DNA from: Solirubrobacteraceae bacterium
GTDB taxonomy: Bacteria; Actinomycetota; Thermoleophilia; Solirubrobacterales; Solirubrobacteraceae
Direction of reading: 5' to 3'
Assembly (NCBI GenBank): GCA_030690545.1
Contig: JAUYGN010000079.1
Location: 39,386 to 103,385, forward strand
Length of the DNA: 64,000 nucleotides
Shown: positions 37,974 through 46,112 of the stretch, piece by piece
Position numbering within the stretch: position 1 is the first letter of the stretch
Layout of the letters: the number at the start of each line of letters is the position of its first letter
The notes under the pieces: generated by a model
Told to the model about the DNA's origin: nothing
What the model saw: the letters and a program-made list of their open reading frames with translations, nothing else
Databases searched by the model: none
Position numbers and translations under genes: made by a program

Positions 37974-38884
37974 CAGCGCGCCACCGTACCGAGCGCCGCC
38001 TGGATCTCGCGCTGGCGGCGGCGCCGCTGGACGGCGCGCGCGAGCAGCCCGTGGCTCGGCGACGCGACGAGCGCGAGCGCGAAGCAGATCGCTGCGACGA
38101 GACCCATCGCGCCGGCGATCGACGCGTCCAGCGCCGTCGCGGCGGCGTGACCGCCGAGCGCGCTGACCCAGCCCACCGCGACCGTCACGACGACCATCGC
38201 CCAGAGGCGGTTCGTCAACAGGTAGGCGGCGGCGGCGGGCACGATGAGCATGGTGACGACGAGGATCGCCCCGACGGACTCGAACGCCGTCACCGCGGTG
38301 ATCGCGACGGCGATCAGCAGCAACCGCGACAGCAGCGCCGGCGGGATGCCGATCGTACGCGAGAACTCGGGGTCGAACGTCGTCGCCTTGTACTCCTTCC
38401 ACAGCAGCGTGACGAGCGCGAGGTTGCACAGCGCGACGGCGCCGAGCAGGACGATCGAGCGCGCGATCTCGAGCTCGCCGATCGCGAGCGTCCGAAACGG
38501 CGCGAACGCGATCTCGCCGTAGATCGTCGAGTCGAGGTCGAGGTGGACCCCGCTGGCGTAGCGCGTCACGCCGAGCACGCCGAGCGCGAACAGCGCCGGG
38601 AAGACGAGCGCGATCGCCGCGTCGCTCTTGACGAGCCCGGTCGAGCGCAGCGCCTCGATCGCCAGCACGCAGATGATCGCGAACAGCGCCGCGCCGGCGA
38701 TCACCGGCAGCGGCGCGCGCGTGCCGAGCAGCAGGTAGACGAGCACGATCCCCGGCAGCACGGCGTGCGAGACGGCGTCGCTCATCAGCGCGACGCGGCG
38801 CAGGACGAGAAACGGTCCGAGCAGGCCGGCGGCCGTCGCGACGAGCCCGGCGGTGAGGATGATCGTGAGGTCGTCGTCGAGCAT
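37973..38884 (-). CDS. Metal (Mn/Zn/Fe) ABC transporter permease, ABC-3 family
   Basis: LGPFLVLRRVALMSDAVSHAVLPGIV fits the TroD/MntD-type pattern, with multiple TM segments. Internal ATG at 38884. Confidence 0.85.
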   Translation of the reverse strand: MLDDDLTIILTAGLVATAAGLLGPFLVLRRVALMSDAVSHAVLPGIVLVYLLLGTRAPLPVIAGAALFAIICVLAIEALRSTGLVKSDAAIALVFPALFALGVLGVTRYASGVHLDLDSTIYGEIAFAPFRTLAIGELEIARSIVLLGAVALCNLALVTLLWKEYKATTFDPEFSRTIGIPPALLSRLLLIAVAITAVTAFESVGAILVVTMLIVPAAAAYLLTNRLWAMVVVTVAVGWVSALGGHAAATALDASIAGAMGLVAAICFALALVASPSHGLLARAVQRRRRQREIQAALGTVAR

Positions 38885-38889
38885 GCCGT

Positions 38890-40134
38890 TCAGCGCTCCG
38901 CCGCCCGTGCGAGCGCGTGCAGCCGGTCGGCGTACTCGTCGCCGAGGCTGGCGCGCAGGTCGGTCGGATCGGGCTCGCGCGCGTCGGGCACGCCGAGCCG
39001 GGAGCCGTGCTCGAGCCAGGCGGCCCACAGGTCGCGCCGCTCGAGCACCGCGTGGGCGGCGGCGGCGCCGGGCTGCGACAAGTACAGGCGCTCGCCGTCG
39101 CGCCGCAGCATCCCGGCGCGGTCGAGGTCGCGCAGCGCGCGGCGCAGCGCACGGGCGGGTCGGGCACTGGCGAGCGCAAGCTCGGCGGCGGTCAGCGGCG
39201 GTCCGGCGTGGATCGCCGTCTCGAGGTCGACGAGCACGCCCTCGGCGAGGATCCGGCGGCGATCGCGCGCCAGCCGGCGGGCGCGCCAGAGCACGCCACG
39301 GCGCGGCGCGATGAGCACGCAGACGATGACGACGCTCACCGCGACGAGCACGATCACCGGTCCCGTCGGGATCTCCGCGCGCGATGCCAGCAGCGCCCCG
39401 CTGACGCCGACGGCGGCGCCGATCACGGCGGCCAGCGGGATCACGAGCGCCAGGCGCCCGGCGAGCTGGCGCGCGGCGACGGCCGGCGCGACGAGCATCG
39501 CGACCATGAGGATCGCCCCGACCATCCGCAGCCCGATCACGATCGCGACGACGAGCAGCGCCGTCATCGCGATCTCGAGGAGCCGCACCGGCAGCCCGAC
39601 GGCCCCCGCGAAGGCCGGGTCGAAGAGCGTCGTCTTCAGCGCGCGGAAGCCGATCGCGACGAGCGTCAGGGCGACGATCGCCAGGCCCGCCATGACCGCG
39701 AGGTCGCGCTCGAGCAGCCCCGCCGCCTGCCCGAAGAGGTACTTCTCCAGCCCGGCCTGGTTGGAGTTGTCGGTGCTCGCGATGTACGTCAGCAGGACGA
39801 TCCCGAGCGAGAAGAAGCTCGACAGCACGACCCCGATCGCGGCGTCCGGCCGGATCCGCCCGGTGCGCTCGATGCCGACCATCAGCAGCGCGCCGACGAG
39901 GCCGGCGATCGCCGCACCGGCCAGCAGCGACGTCGCATCCTTCGCGCCGGTCGCGATGAAGGCGATGCAGACGCCCGGCAGCGCCGCGTGCGCGAGCGCG
40001 TCGCCGACGAGGCTGCGCTGGCGCAGCACGGCGAGCACGCCGACCGCCCCCGCGGTGATCCCGAGCAGCATCGCTCCGAGGACGACGACCGCGTCGCTGT
40101 AGTCCAGCGGGACGAGGTCGATCAGCCAGCCCAC
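38890..40134 (-). CDS. Metal ABC transporter permease (ABC-3 family) fused to a C-terminal DtxR-like winged-helix extension
   Basis: Residues 1-280 form a permease (LRQRSLVGDALAHAALPGV...). Residues about 281-414 are soluble: LTAAELA....P..LRRALRDLDRAGMLRRDGERLYLS..G...A..VLERRDLWAAWLEH. Confidence 0.85.
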   Translation of the reverse strand: MGWLIDLVPLDYSDAVVVLGAMLLGITAGAVGVLAVLRQRSLVGDALAHAALPGVCIAFIATGAKDATSLLAGAAIAGLVGALLMVGIERTGRIRPDAAIGVVLSSFFSLGIVLLTYIASTDNSNQAGLEKYLFGQAAGLLERDLAVMAGLAIVALTLVAIGFRALKTTLFDPAFAGAVGLPVRLLEIAMTALLVVAIVIGLRMVGAILMVAMLVAPAVAARQLAGRLALVIPLAAVIGAAVGVSGALLASRAEIPTGPVIVLVAVSVVIVCVLIAPRRGVLWRARRLARDRRRILAEGVLVDLETAIHAGPPLTAAELALASARPARALRRALRDLDRAGMLRRDGERLYLSQPGAAAAHAVLERRDLWAAWLEHGSRLGVPDAREPDPTDLRASLGDEYADRLHALARAAER

Positions 40135-40883
40135 GACGCCTGCGCCTGGTCGACGGGCTCGGCGGCGGCGCCGTACGCGCGCCGGACGTTGGCCGGCGTC
40201 AGCGTCTCGCCGACCGGGCCGGCGGCGACGACCCGCACGTTGAGCAGCAGCGCCCAGTCGAACGCCGAGCGGACCGTCGTGAGGTCGTGGTGCACGACGA
40301 CCATCGAGCTGCCCTCGTCGCGCAGCTCGTGCAGCAGCTTCAGGATGCTCGCCTCGGTGCGCGCGTCGACGCCCGCGAAGGGCTCGTCGAGCAGCATGAC
40401 CGGCGCCTGCTGCGCCAGCGCCCGGGCGATGAAGACCCGCTGGCGCTGGCCGCCCGACAGCTCGCCGATCTGGCGCGCCGCGTAGCCCGTCATCCCGACG
40501 CGCTCCAGGCAGGCGTCGACGAGCGCCGCCTGCGAGCGACCGACGCGACGCAGCCAGCCCGTCGCCGCGTAGCGCCCCATCTCGACGACCTCGCGCACCG
40601 TGATCGGGAAGTCCCAGTCGATCGCGTCGCGCTGGGGAACGTAGGCGACGCGATCACGCGCGCTGCGCACCGGGCGGCCCTCGATCAGCGTCTGCCCGCC
40701 GTCGGATGCGACGAGGCCCAGCGCGGCCTTCAGCAGCGTCGACTTGCCGGCGCCGTTGGGTCCGACGATCGCCGACAGGGCGCTGGCCGGAAAGCGCGCG
40801 TCGACGTCCCACAGCACCGGGTGGGCGCCGTAGGAGACCGTCAGGCGACGGACCTCGAGCGCGGGCGTCGGCGTGGCGGTCAT
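40122..40883 (-). CDS. Metal ABC transporter ATP-binding protein
   Basis: Walker A GPNGAGKSTLL, signature LSGGQRQR, Walker B MLLDEPFAGVD, and HDL. Confidence 0.9.
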   Translation of the reverse strand: MTATPTPALEVRRLTVSYGAHPVLWDVDARFPASALSAIVGPNGAGKSTLLKAALGLVASDGGQTLIEGRPVRSARDRVAYVPQRDAIDWDFPITVREVVEMGRYAATGWLRRVGRSQAALVDACLERVGMTGYAARQIGELSGGQRQRVFIARALAQQAPVMLLDEPFAGVDARTEASILKLLHELRDEGSSMVVVHHDLTTVRSAFDWALLLNVRVVAAGPVGETLTPANVRRAYGAAAEPVDQAQASWAG

Positions 40884-41812
40884 CGCAGGCCCTTCGCGAT
40901 CGTCTCGGCGTTGGCGCGCAGCATCCCGACGTACGTCCCTTCGGGCGTCCCGGCATCGCCGGCCGCGTCGCTGAACAGCGATCCGCCGATGCGCACGTCG
41001 GCGCCGCGGCGGCGGGCGGCGGCGAGCACCGCGTCGATCGTCTGGCGCGGCACGCTGGACTCGATGAACGCCGCCTTCACGCGACGCGAGGCGATCACCT
41101 CGGCGACGCGGCGGACCGATGCCGTCGTCGCCTCGGTGACCGTCGAGATGCCCTGGATCGCCACGACGTCGACGTCGTAGCGCCGGCCGAAGTAGCCGAA
41201 CGCGTCATGCGACGTGACGAGCACACGGCGAGCGCGCGGGATCGTCGAGATCTGCGCGCGAACGTCGGTGTCGAGCGCGGAGAGCCGCTCGAGGTAGCGC
41301 GCGAGGTTGGCGTCGTAGACCGCGGCGTGAGTGGGGTCCTTCTCCTTCAGGGCGGCCGTCGCCGTGCGCGCGGCGATCCGCCACAGCCCGACGTCGAACC
41401 AGACGTGCGGGTCATGGTCGAAGGCGGTCCCCTGCGGCGGCGCCAGCAGCCGCTCGCGCGGGATGTCCCTGGTGATCGCAACGGTCGTCTGACGCTCGGC
41501 GAGCTCGTCGAGCAGGTCGGCCATCTTGCCCTCGAGGTTCAGGCCCCCGTAGACGATCAGGTCGGCGTCGCGCAGCTCGCCGACGTCACCGGCGCTGGCC
41601 TTGTAGAGGTGCGGGTCGACGCCCGCGCCCATCAGGCCCGTGACCTCGACGCGATCGCCGCCGAGCTCGCGCATCGTGTCGGTGATGAAGTTCGTCGTCG
41701 TCGTCACGCGCAGCTTGCGCTCGGCGAGATCGCCGGCGTCGTCCTGCGAGGAGCAGCCGGCCAGGCCGACGATCGCTGCAGCGAGCACAAGACGATAAAT
41801 CGTGCGAGGCAT
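40880..41812 (-). CDS. Metal ABC transporter substrate-binding lipoprotein (cluster A-I, TroA/MntA/ZnuA-like)
   Basis: Lipobox LAGCSS. Metal-ligand regions GAGVDPHLY and DPHVWFD, plus SHDAFGYF. Confidence 0.85.
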   Translation of the reverse strand: MPRTIYRLVLAAAIVGLAGCSSQDDAGDLAERKLRVTTTTNFITDTMRELGGDRVEVTGLMGAGVDPHLYKASAGDVGELRDADLIVYGGLNLEGKMADLLDELAERQTTVAITRDIPRERLLAPPQGTAFDHDPHVWFDVGLWRIAARTATAALKEKDPTHAAVYDANLARYLERLSALDTDVRAQISTIPRARRVLVTSHDAFGYFGRRYDVDVVAIQGISTVTEATTASVRRVAEVIASRRVKAAFIESSVPRQTIDAVLAAARRRGADVRIGGSLFSDAAGDAGTPEGTYVGMLRANAETIAKGLR

Positions 41813-41821
41813 ATCCGTAGT

Positions 41822-41835
41822 TTAGCCACAACTAA
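41822..41835. promoter_or_regulatory. Candidate DtxR-family operator upstream of the metal ABC operon
   Basis: TTAGCCACAACTAA (TTAG-N6-CTAA) lies 10 bp upstream of the 41812 start codon. Only the outer 4 bp of each half are symmetric. Confidence 0.3.
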
Positions 41836-42013
41836 CTCTTGCCTGCGAACGGCCTCCACACGCACGCCGAAGTTGGCGCGTCCGGGCACGGCGAGCGCCG
41901 GCTTTCGATCGCCCGCGACAGCTCGCCGTGACGCCCGCGGCACGGAAAAGACCCCGCGCCGCCGGGGCAGCCGCTAGCGTAAGCGTCATCTGTACTCGAG
42001 ACGGGAGCACTCA

Positions 42014-42289
42014 ATGACCAAGCAGGAGCTCGCACAGAAGGTGGCCTCGGACACCGGTCTCAGCGGTTCTGACGCAAAGGGCGCGGTCGACGCCACCTTC
42101 GACGCGATCGCCGCAGAGCTCGCCGGAGGCGGCGAGGTTGCGGTCGCAGGCTTCGGCAAGTTCAGCGTGAGCGAGCGTTCCGCCCGCGAGGGCCGTAACC
42201 CGGCCACCGGGGAGCCGATCCAGATCGCAGCCAGCAAGGCCGCGAAGTTCTCGGCCGCGGCGGCGCTCAAGAAGTCGCTGAACGGCTGA
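42014..42289 (+). CDS. hup: HU-family nucleoid-associated DNA-binding protein
   Basis: MTKQELAQKVA...AVDA.FDAIA..L..G..V...GFGKF.V.ER.AREGRNP.TGE.I.I. Confidence 0.9.
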   Translation: MTKQELAQKVASDTGLSGSDAKGAVDATFDAIAAELAGGGEVAVAGFGKFSVSERSAREGRNPATGEPIQIAASKAAKFSAAAALKKSLNG

Positions 42290-42294
42290 CCGCA

Positions 42295-42324
42295 CCCGCG
42301 CGGCGCGGCGGCGCACGCCGCGCG
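42295..42324 (+). terminator. GC-rich hairpin after hup (possible terminator)
   Basis: CCGCGCGGCG-N10-CGCCGCGCGG, a perfect 10-bp stem starting 6 nt after the stop. There is no clear U-tract. Confidence 0.4.
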
Positions 42325-42406
42325 GCCGACGTGTCGTCGACTTCCTCGACCTCGGTACGCCTTCGTGCGGCCCGGGGTCGTGCGTCGTCGTGCGCCGGCC
42401 GCGGGC

Positions 42407-43231
42407 TCACCATCCGGCGCTGGCGACCTCCGCGACGATCTTCGAGACCCGCCCGCCCTGCCAGGCCAGTGGCGAGGCGCCCGGCTCCTCGACGACGAGC
42501 CGCGCGCGCGGCAGCAGCTGCGCGTAGCGTTCGGCGACCGCCAGCGGGTGACCGGGATCGGCCTCGTCGCGCGATCCGACGACGACGGCCGGGCATTCGA
42601 TCCGCTCGAGCGCCCGCAGACCGCCGAAGGGAGCCGAGCGCGGCACACAGCGCAGCGCGTCGGCGACCGCCTCGAGATCCTCGTGCAGCGCCATCCGCTG
42701 GCGCAGCGCGCGCCCCACCGTCTCGCGCCATTGCGACGGGATCCGCTGCACCCCGAACTCCGCCGCGAACGCTTCGACCCCACCGTTGCGCAACGCGTCG
42801 CTGAGCGCGTCCCAGCGCGCCAGCCGCGCGGGCGCGTCGTGCTCGGCGGGATCGAACCCGGGCGTGATCGCGACGAGGCCCGCCACGCGCTCGGGCGCCT
42901 CCAGCGCCAGCCGCAGGCACGTGTGCGCGCCCATCGAGACCCCGGCGAACGTCGCGCGCTCGATCTCGAGCTCGTCGAGCAGCGCCACGAGATCGCCGAC
43001 GAGATCGCCGTAGCCGTAGCCGTCGGCCGCCGCCGGCGCCGAGGACGAGCCGTGCCCGCGCGCGTCGTAGGCGACGACACGATGGCCTGCGCGGGCCAGG
43101 CCGCTCGAGCCCATCACGACGTGGCGCCGCGCCGCCGTCAGCCCGTGCAGCAGGACGACCGGGGTCCCCTCGCCGTCGTCGGCCACGGCGAGCGTCACGC
43201 CTCCGGGCACCTCGATCGTGTACTGCGCCAT
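42407..43231 (-). CDS. Alpha/beta-fold hydrolase
   Basis: VVLLHGL, nucleophile elbow GVSMGA, and the typical size and C-terminal region. Confidence 0.8.
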   Translation of the reverse strand: MAQYTIEVPGGVTLAVADDGEGTPVVLLHGLTAARRHVVMGSSGLARAGHRVVAYDARGHGSSSAPAAADGYGYGDLVGDLVALLDELEIERATFAGVSMGAHTCLRLALEAPERVAGLVAITPGFDPAEHDAPARLARWDALSDALRNGGVEAFAAEFGVQRIPSQWRETVGRALRQRMALHEDLEAVADALRCVPRSAPFGGLRALERIECPAVVVGSRDEADPGHPLAVAERYAQLLPRARLVVEEPGASPLAWQGGRVSKIVAEVASAGW

Positions 43232-43307
43232 GCGACGAAGCCTCGCAGCCCGGCGCGCGGACCGGTTCGCCGAACGGTCCCGACGGCTTCTCTACCCTGT
43301 TGCGCGG

Positions 43308-44066
43308 ATGACCGTGATCGACGTCAGCGAAGCGCAGTTCGAGACCGAGGTGCTCGCGCGCTCGGCCGAGCTCCCGGTCGTCGTCGACTTCTGGGCGCCT
43401 TGGTGCGCGCCCTGCCGCCAGCTCGGCCCGCTGCTCGAACAGGCGGCCGGCGCCCGCGAGGGCAAGGTCGTGCTCGCGAAGATCGACACCGATCAGAACC
43501 CCGGCATCTCCCAGCGGTTCGGCATCCAGGGCATCCCGGCGGTCAAGGCCTTCGTCGACGGTGACGTCACCGCCGAGTTCGTCGGCGTCCTTGCGCCGGC
43601 GCAGGTCGAGGCCTTCTTCGACGAGCTGGCGCCGTCGGAGACCACGCTCCTGCTCGCGGCCGGCGACGCGGACTCGCTGCGCAGGGCGCTCGAGCTCGAG
43701 CCCACGAACGTCGAGGCGAACGTCCGGCTCGCCGAGCTGGAGTACCGCGACGGGGACAGCGACGGTGCGCTGGCGCGGCTGCGCGACGTCGCCGGCAGCT
43801 TCCGCGCCGACGGACTCGTGTCGCGGATCGAGCTCGAAGCAGCCAACGGCGCTCGCCCGCAGCTCGCCGAGGCCTTTGCCAAGCTCGACGCCGCAGACCA
43901 CCAGGCGGGCCTCGACGTGCTGCTCGGCGAGCTGGCGGCCGCGCAAGCCGACAGCGCGAACCGCGAGCGCCTGCGCAAGGTGATCGTCGCCGTCCTCGAC
44001 GAGCTCGGCGTCGATCACCCGATCGCGCGCGAGTCGCGCCGGCGGCTGGCGGCGGCGCTGTACTGA
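43308..44066 (+). CDS. Thioredoxin-domain protein with a C-terminal TPR-like domain (YbbN/CnoX-like)
   Basis: PVVVDFWAPWCAPCRQL (WCxPC) and GIQGIPAVKAF, followed by a helical repeat region. Internal ATG at 43308. Confidence 0.85.
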   Translation: MTVIDVSEAQFETEVLARSAELPVVVDFWAPWCAPCRQLGPLLEQAAGAREGKVVLAKIDTDQNPGISQRFGIQGIPAVKAFVDGDVTAEFVGVLAPAQVEAFFDELAPSETTLLLAAGDADSLRRALELEPTNVEANVRLAELEYRDGDSDGALARLRDVAGSFRADGLVSRIELEAANGARPQLAEAFAKLDAADHQAGLDVLLGELAAAQADSANRERLRKVIVAVLDELGVDHPIARESRRRLAAALY

Positions 44067-44090
44067 CCGCGTCGCCGCGCTGACCGGACG

Positions 44091-44900
44091 CTACGCCTGC
44101 GCGGCCGCCGCCGCATGCTCGCGCACGAGCTCGGCGCTGCGCTCGGGCTGCTCCCAGAAGAACATGTGGCCAGACCCCTCCAGCAGCTCCAGGCGAGCGC
44201 CGGGGATCAGCCGTGCGATCAGCTCGCCGTTGACGGATTCCATCAGCCGGTCCTCGGTGCCGTGGATCACGAGCGTCGGCGCGGTCACCTCCGCGAGCCG
44301 CCCGCTCGCGTCATGGCCCATGATCGCGCTGAGCTGCGCCATCAGCAGCGGGATCGGCGCCGGATACTGGGCGGCGACCTCGGAGTACAGCTCGTAGGCG
44401 CCTTCGCGCGCACCGTACTGCGGCGCGATCATCACCTCGTATCCGACCTTCATCGCCTGCTCGCGATCGCCCGACAGGACGGCCTCGGCGAGCATCCCGA
44501 CGACGCTCAGCTCGGTCATCTTCGCCTCCGGCCCGCCGGGGAAGGTGCAGCCGAGCGTCAGCGTGCGCACGCGGTCGGGTACGGACAGGACGAGCTCCTG
44601 GGCGACCATGCCGCCCATCGAGATCCCGACGACATGCGCGGCCGCGATCTCGAGCGCGTCGAGCAGCCCGATCGCGTCGCCGGCGAGATCGGCGATCGTG
44701 TGCTCGCCGTCGACCGGACCGCTGCGCCCCGCGCCGCGGTTGTCGAACAGGACCAGCTCGAAGTGGTCCTCGAGGCCGCCGAGAAAGCCGTCGCCCCAGT
44801 GCAGGCTGTTGCCGCCCAGGCCCTGGATCAGCAGCAGCGGATCGCCGGCGCCGCGGCGCTCGTAGTACAGGTCGGTTCCGTCGATCTCGATGTTCGGCAT
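44091..44900 (-). CDS. Alpha/beta-fold hydrolase (close paralogue of 16413-17240)
   Basis: LYYERRGAGDPLLLIQGLGG, GISMGGMVAQEL, RVRTLTLGCT, GSGHMFFWEQPERSAELV. Long blocks are identical to the 16413-17240 product. Confidence 0.85.
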   Translation of the reverse strand: MPNIEIDGTDLYYERRGAGDPLLLIQGLGGNSLHWGDGFLGGLEDHFELVLFDNRGAGRSGPVDGEHTIADLAGDAIGLLDALEIAAAHVVGISMGGMVAQELVLSVPDRVRTLTLGCTFPGGPEAKMTELSVVGMLAEAVLSGDREQAMKVGYEVMIAPQYGAREGAYELYSEVAAQYPAPIPLLMAQLSAIMGHDASGRLAEVTAPTLVIHGTEDRLMESVNGELIARLIPGARLELLEGSGHMFFWEQPERSAELVREHAAAAAQA

Positions 44901-44910
44901 GTGCACAACG

Positions 44911-45966
44911 CTACAAGGGCAGCGCGAGCTGATCGTCGTCCGGCTGGGCAGCGCCGGCCTCGAACGCCGCGACGCGCACGCCCAGCAGCCGCACCGGCCG
45001 CGCCGGCGCATACTCGCGCAGCAGCCCGAGCGCGACCTCGCCGACGACCGCGGGGTCGTTCGTCGCGGCGGCGATCGTCCGCGCCCGCGTGACCGTCGTG
45101 AAGTCGTCCAGGCGCACCTTGATCGCGACGTTGCGCCCGCGCCGGTCCTGACGCGCGAGGCGCTCGCAGAGCTGGCCCGCCAGGTCTGACAGGATCGCCT
45201 CCAGGCGCGCGGCGTCGGCGATGTCGGCGTCGAAGGTCGTCTCGCGCGACTCCGAGACGGCCGTGCGGACCAGCGTCAGCTCCGCTGAGCCGCGAAAGCT
45301 CGCGCGGCGCTGCAGCTCGGGGCCGTGCCTTGCGCCGAACGCGGCGACGAGCGTGTCGACGGGCGTCGCCGCCAGCGCACGCAGCGTCGTGATGCCCAGC
45401 CGCTGCAGGCGGGCGACCGTCTTCGGACCGATGCCCGGCACCAGGCCCGGAGCGTGCTCGGCGAAGCGCGCGCAGGCCTGCTCGCGCGTGAGGACGACGA
45501 AGCCACGCGGCTTCTCGGCGTCGGAGGCGACCTTCGCGACGAGCCGGTTGGGACCGATCCCGATCGAGCAGTCCAGGCCCGTCGCGGCACGAACGTCGCC
45601 GACCAGCCGGCGCATCGCCGCGCGCGGCGCGACGAGGCCCTCGAGGTCGAGATAGGCCTCGTCGAGACCGACGACCTCGACGCGCTGGACCGCGCGGCGC
45701 ACGAGCGCCATGACGGCCTGCGACGCCTCGCGATAGGCGGCGAAGTCCGGCGCCACGAGCACCGCCTCGGGGCACAGGCGCCGCGCCCGCGCCGTCGGCA
45801 TCGCCGAGCCGATCCCGAAGCGGCGCGCCTCGTAGGAGGCCGTCGTGACGACCGCGCGCGGTCCGCTGCCCGACACGATCACCGGCAGGCCGCGCAGCTG
45901 CGGGCGGCGCTGCAGCTCGACGCTCGCGTAGAACGCGTCGACGTCGAGATGAGCGATCGCGGCCAT
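44911..45966 (-). CDS. dinB: DNA polymerase IV (Y-family)
   Basis: IAHLDVDAFYASVE....P.LRG.PV.V........VVTTASYEAR.FG..SAMP and SIGI.PN.L.AK.ASD..KP.G. Confidence 0.9.
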   Translation of the reverse strand: MAAIAHLDVDAFYASVELQRRPQLRGLPVIVSGSGPRAVVTTASYEARRFGIGSAMPTARARRLCPEAVLVAPDFAAYREASQAVMALVRRAVQRVEVVGLDEAYLDLEGLVAPRAAMRRLVGDVRAATGLDCSIGIGPNRLVAKVASDAEKPRGFVVLTREQACARFAEHAPGLVPGIGPKTVARLQRLGITTLRALAATPVDTLVAAFGARHGPELQRRASFRGSAELTLVRTAVSESRETTFDADIADAARLEAILSDLAGQLCERLARQDRRGRNVAIKVRLDDFTTVTRARTIAAATNDPAVVGEVALGLLREYAPARPVRLLGVRVAAFEAGAAQPDDDQLALPL

Positions 45967-46112
45967 CGCCGAAACAATGCCGGTCGCGCCGGACCGGAGC
46001 CGGCGCGCGAGCGTGGAACAATCCGCTGATCGCCCACGGCCACCGCATCTCGGCGCTCGACGCGTCGTTCCTGAATCTCGAGAAGGCGGGCGCGCGGCTG
46101 CACGTCGCCTCG

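Noticed and set aside
42267-44018. 583-aa minus-strand ORF
   Set aside because: It overlaps the alpha/beta hydrolase gene out of frame and the thioredoxin-TPR gene in antisense, and both of those have clear motifs. Its sequence is Arg/Ala/Gly-rich and composition-driven.
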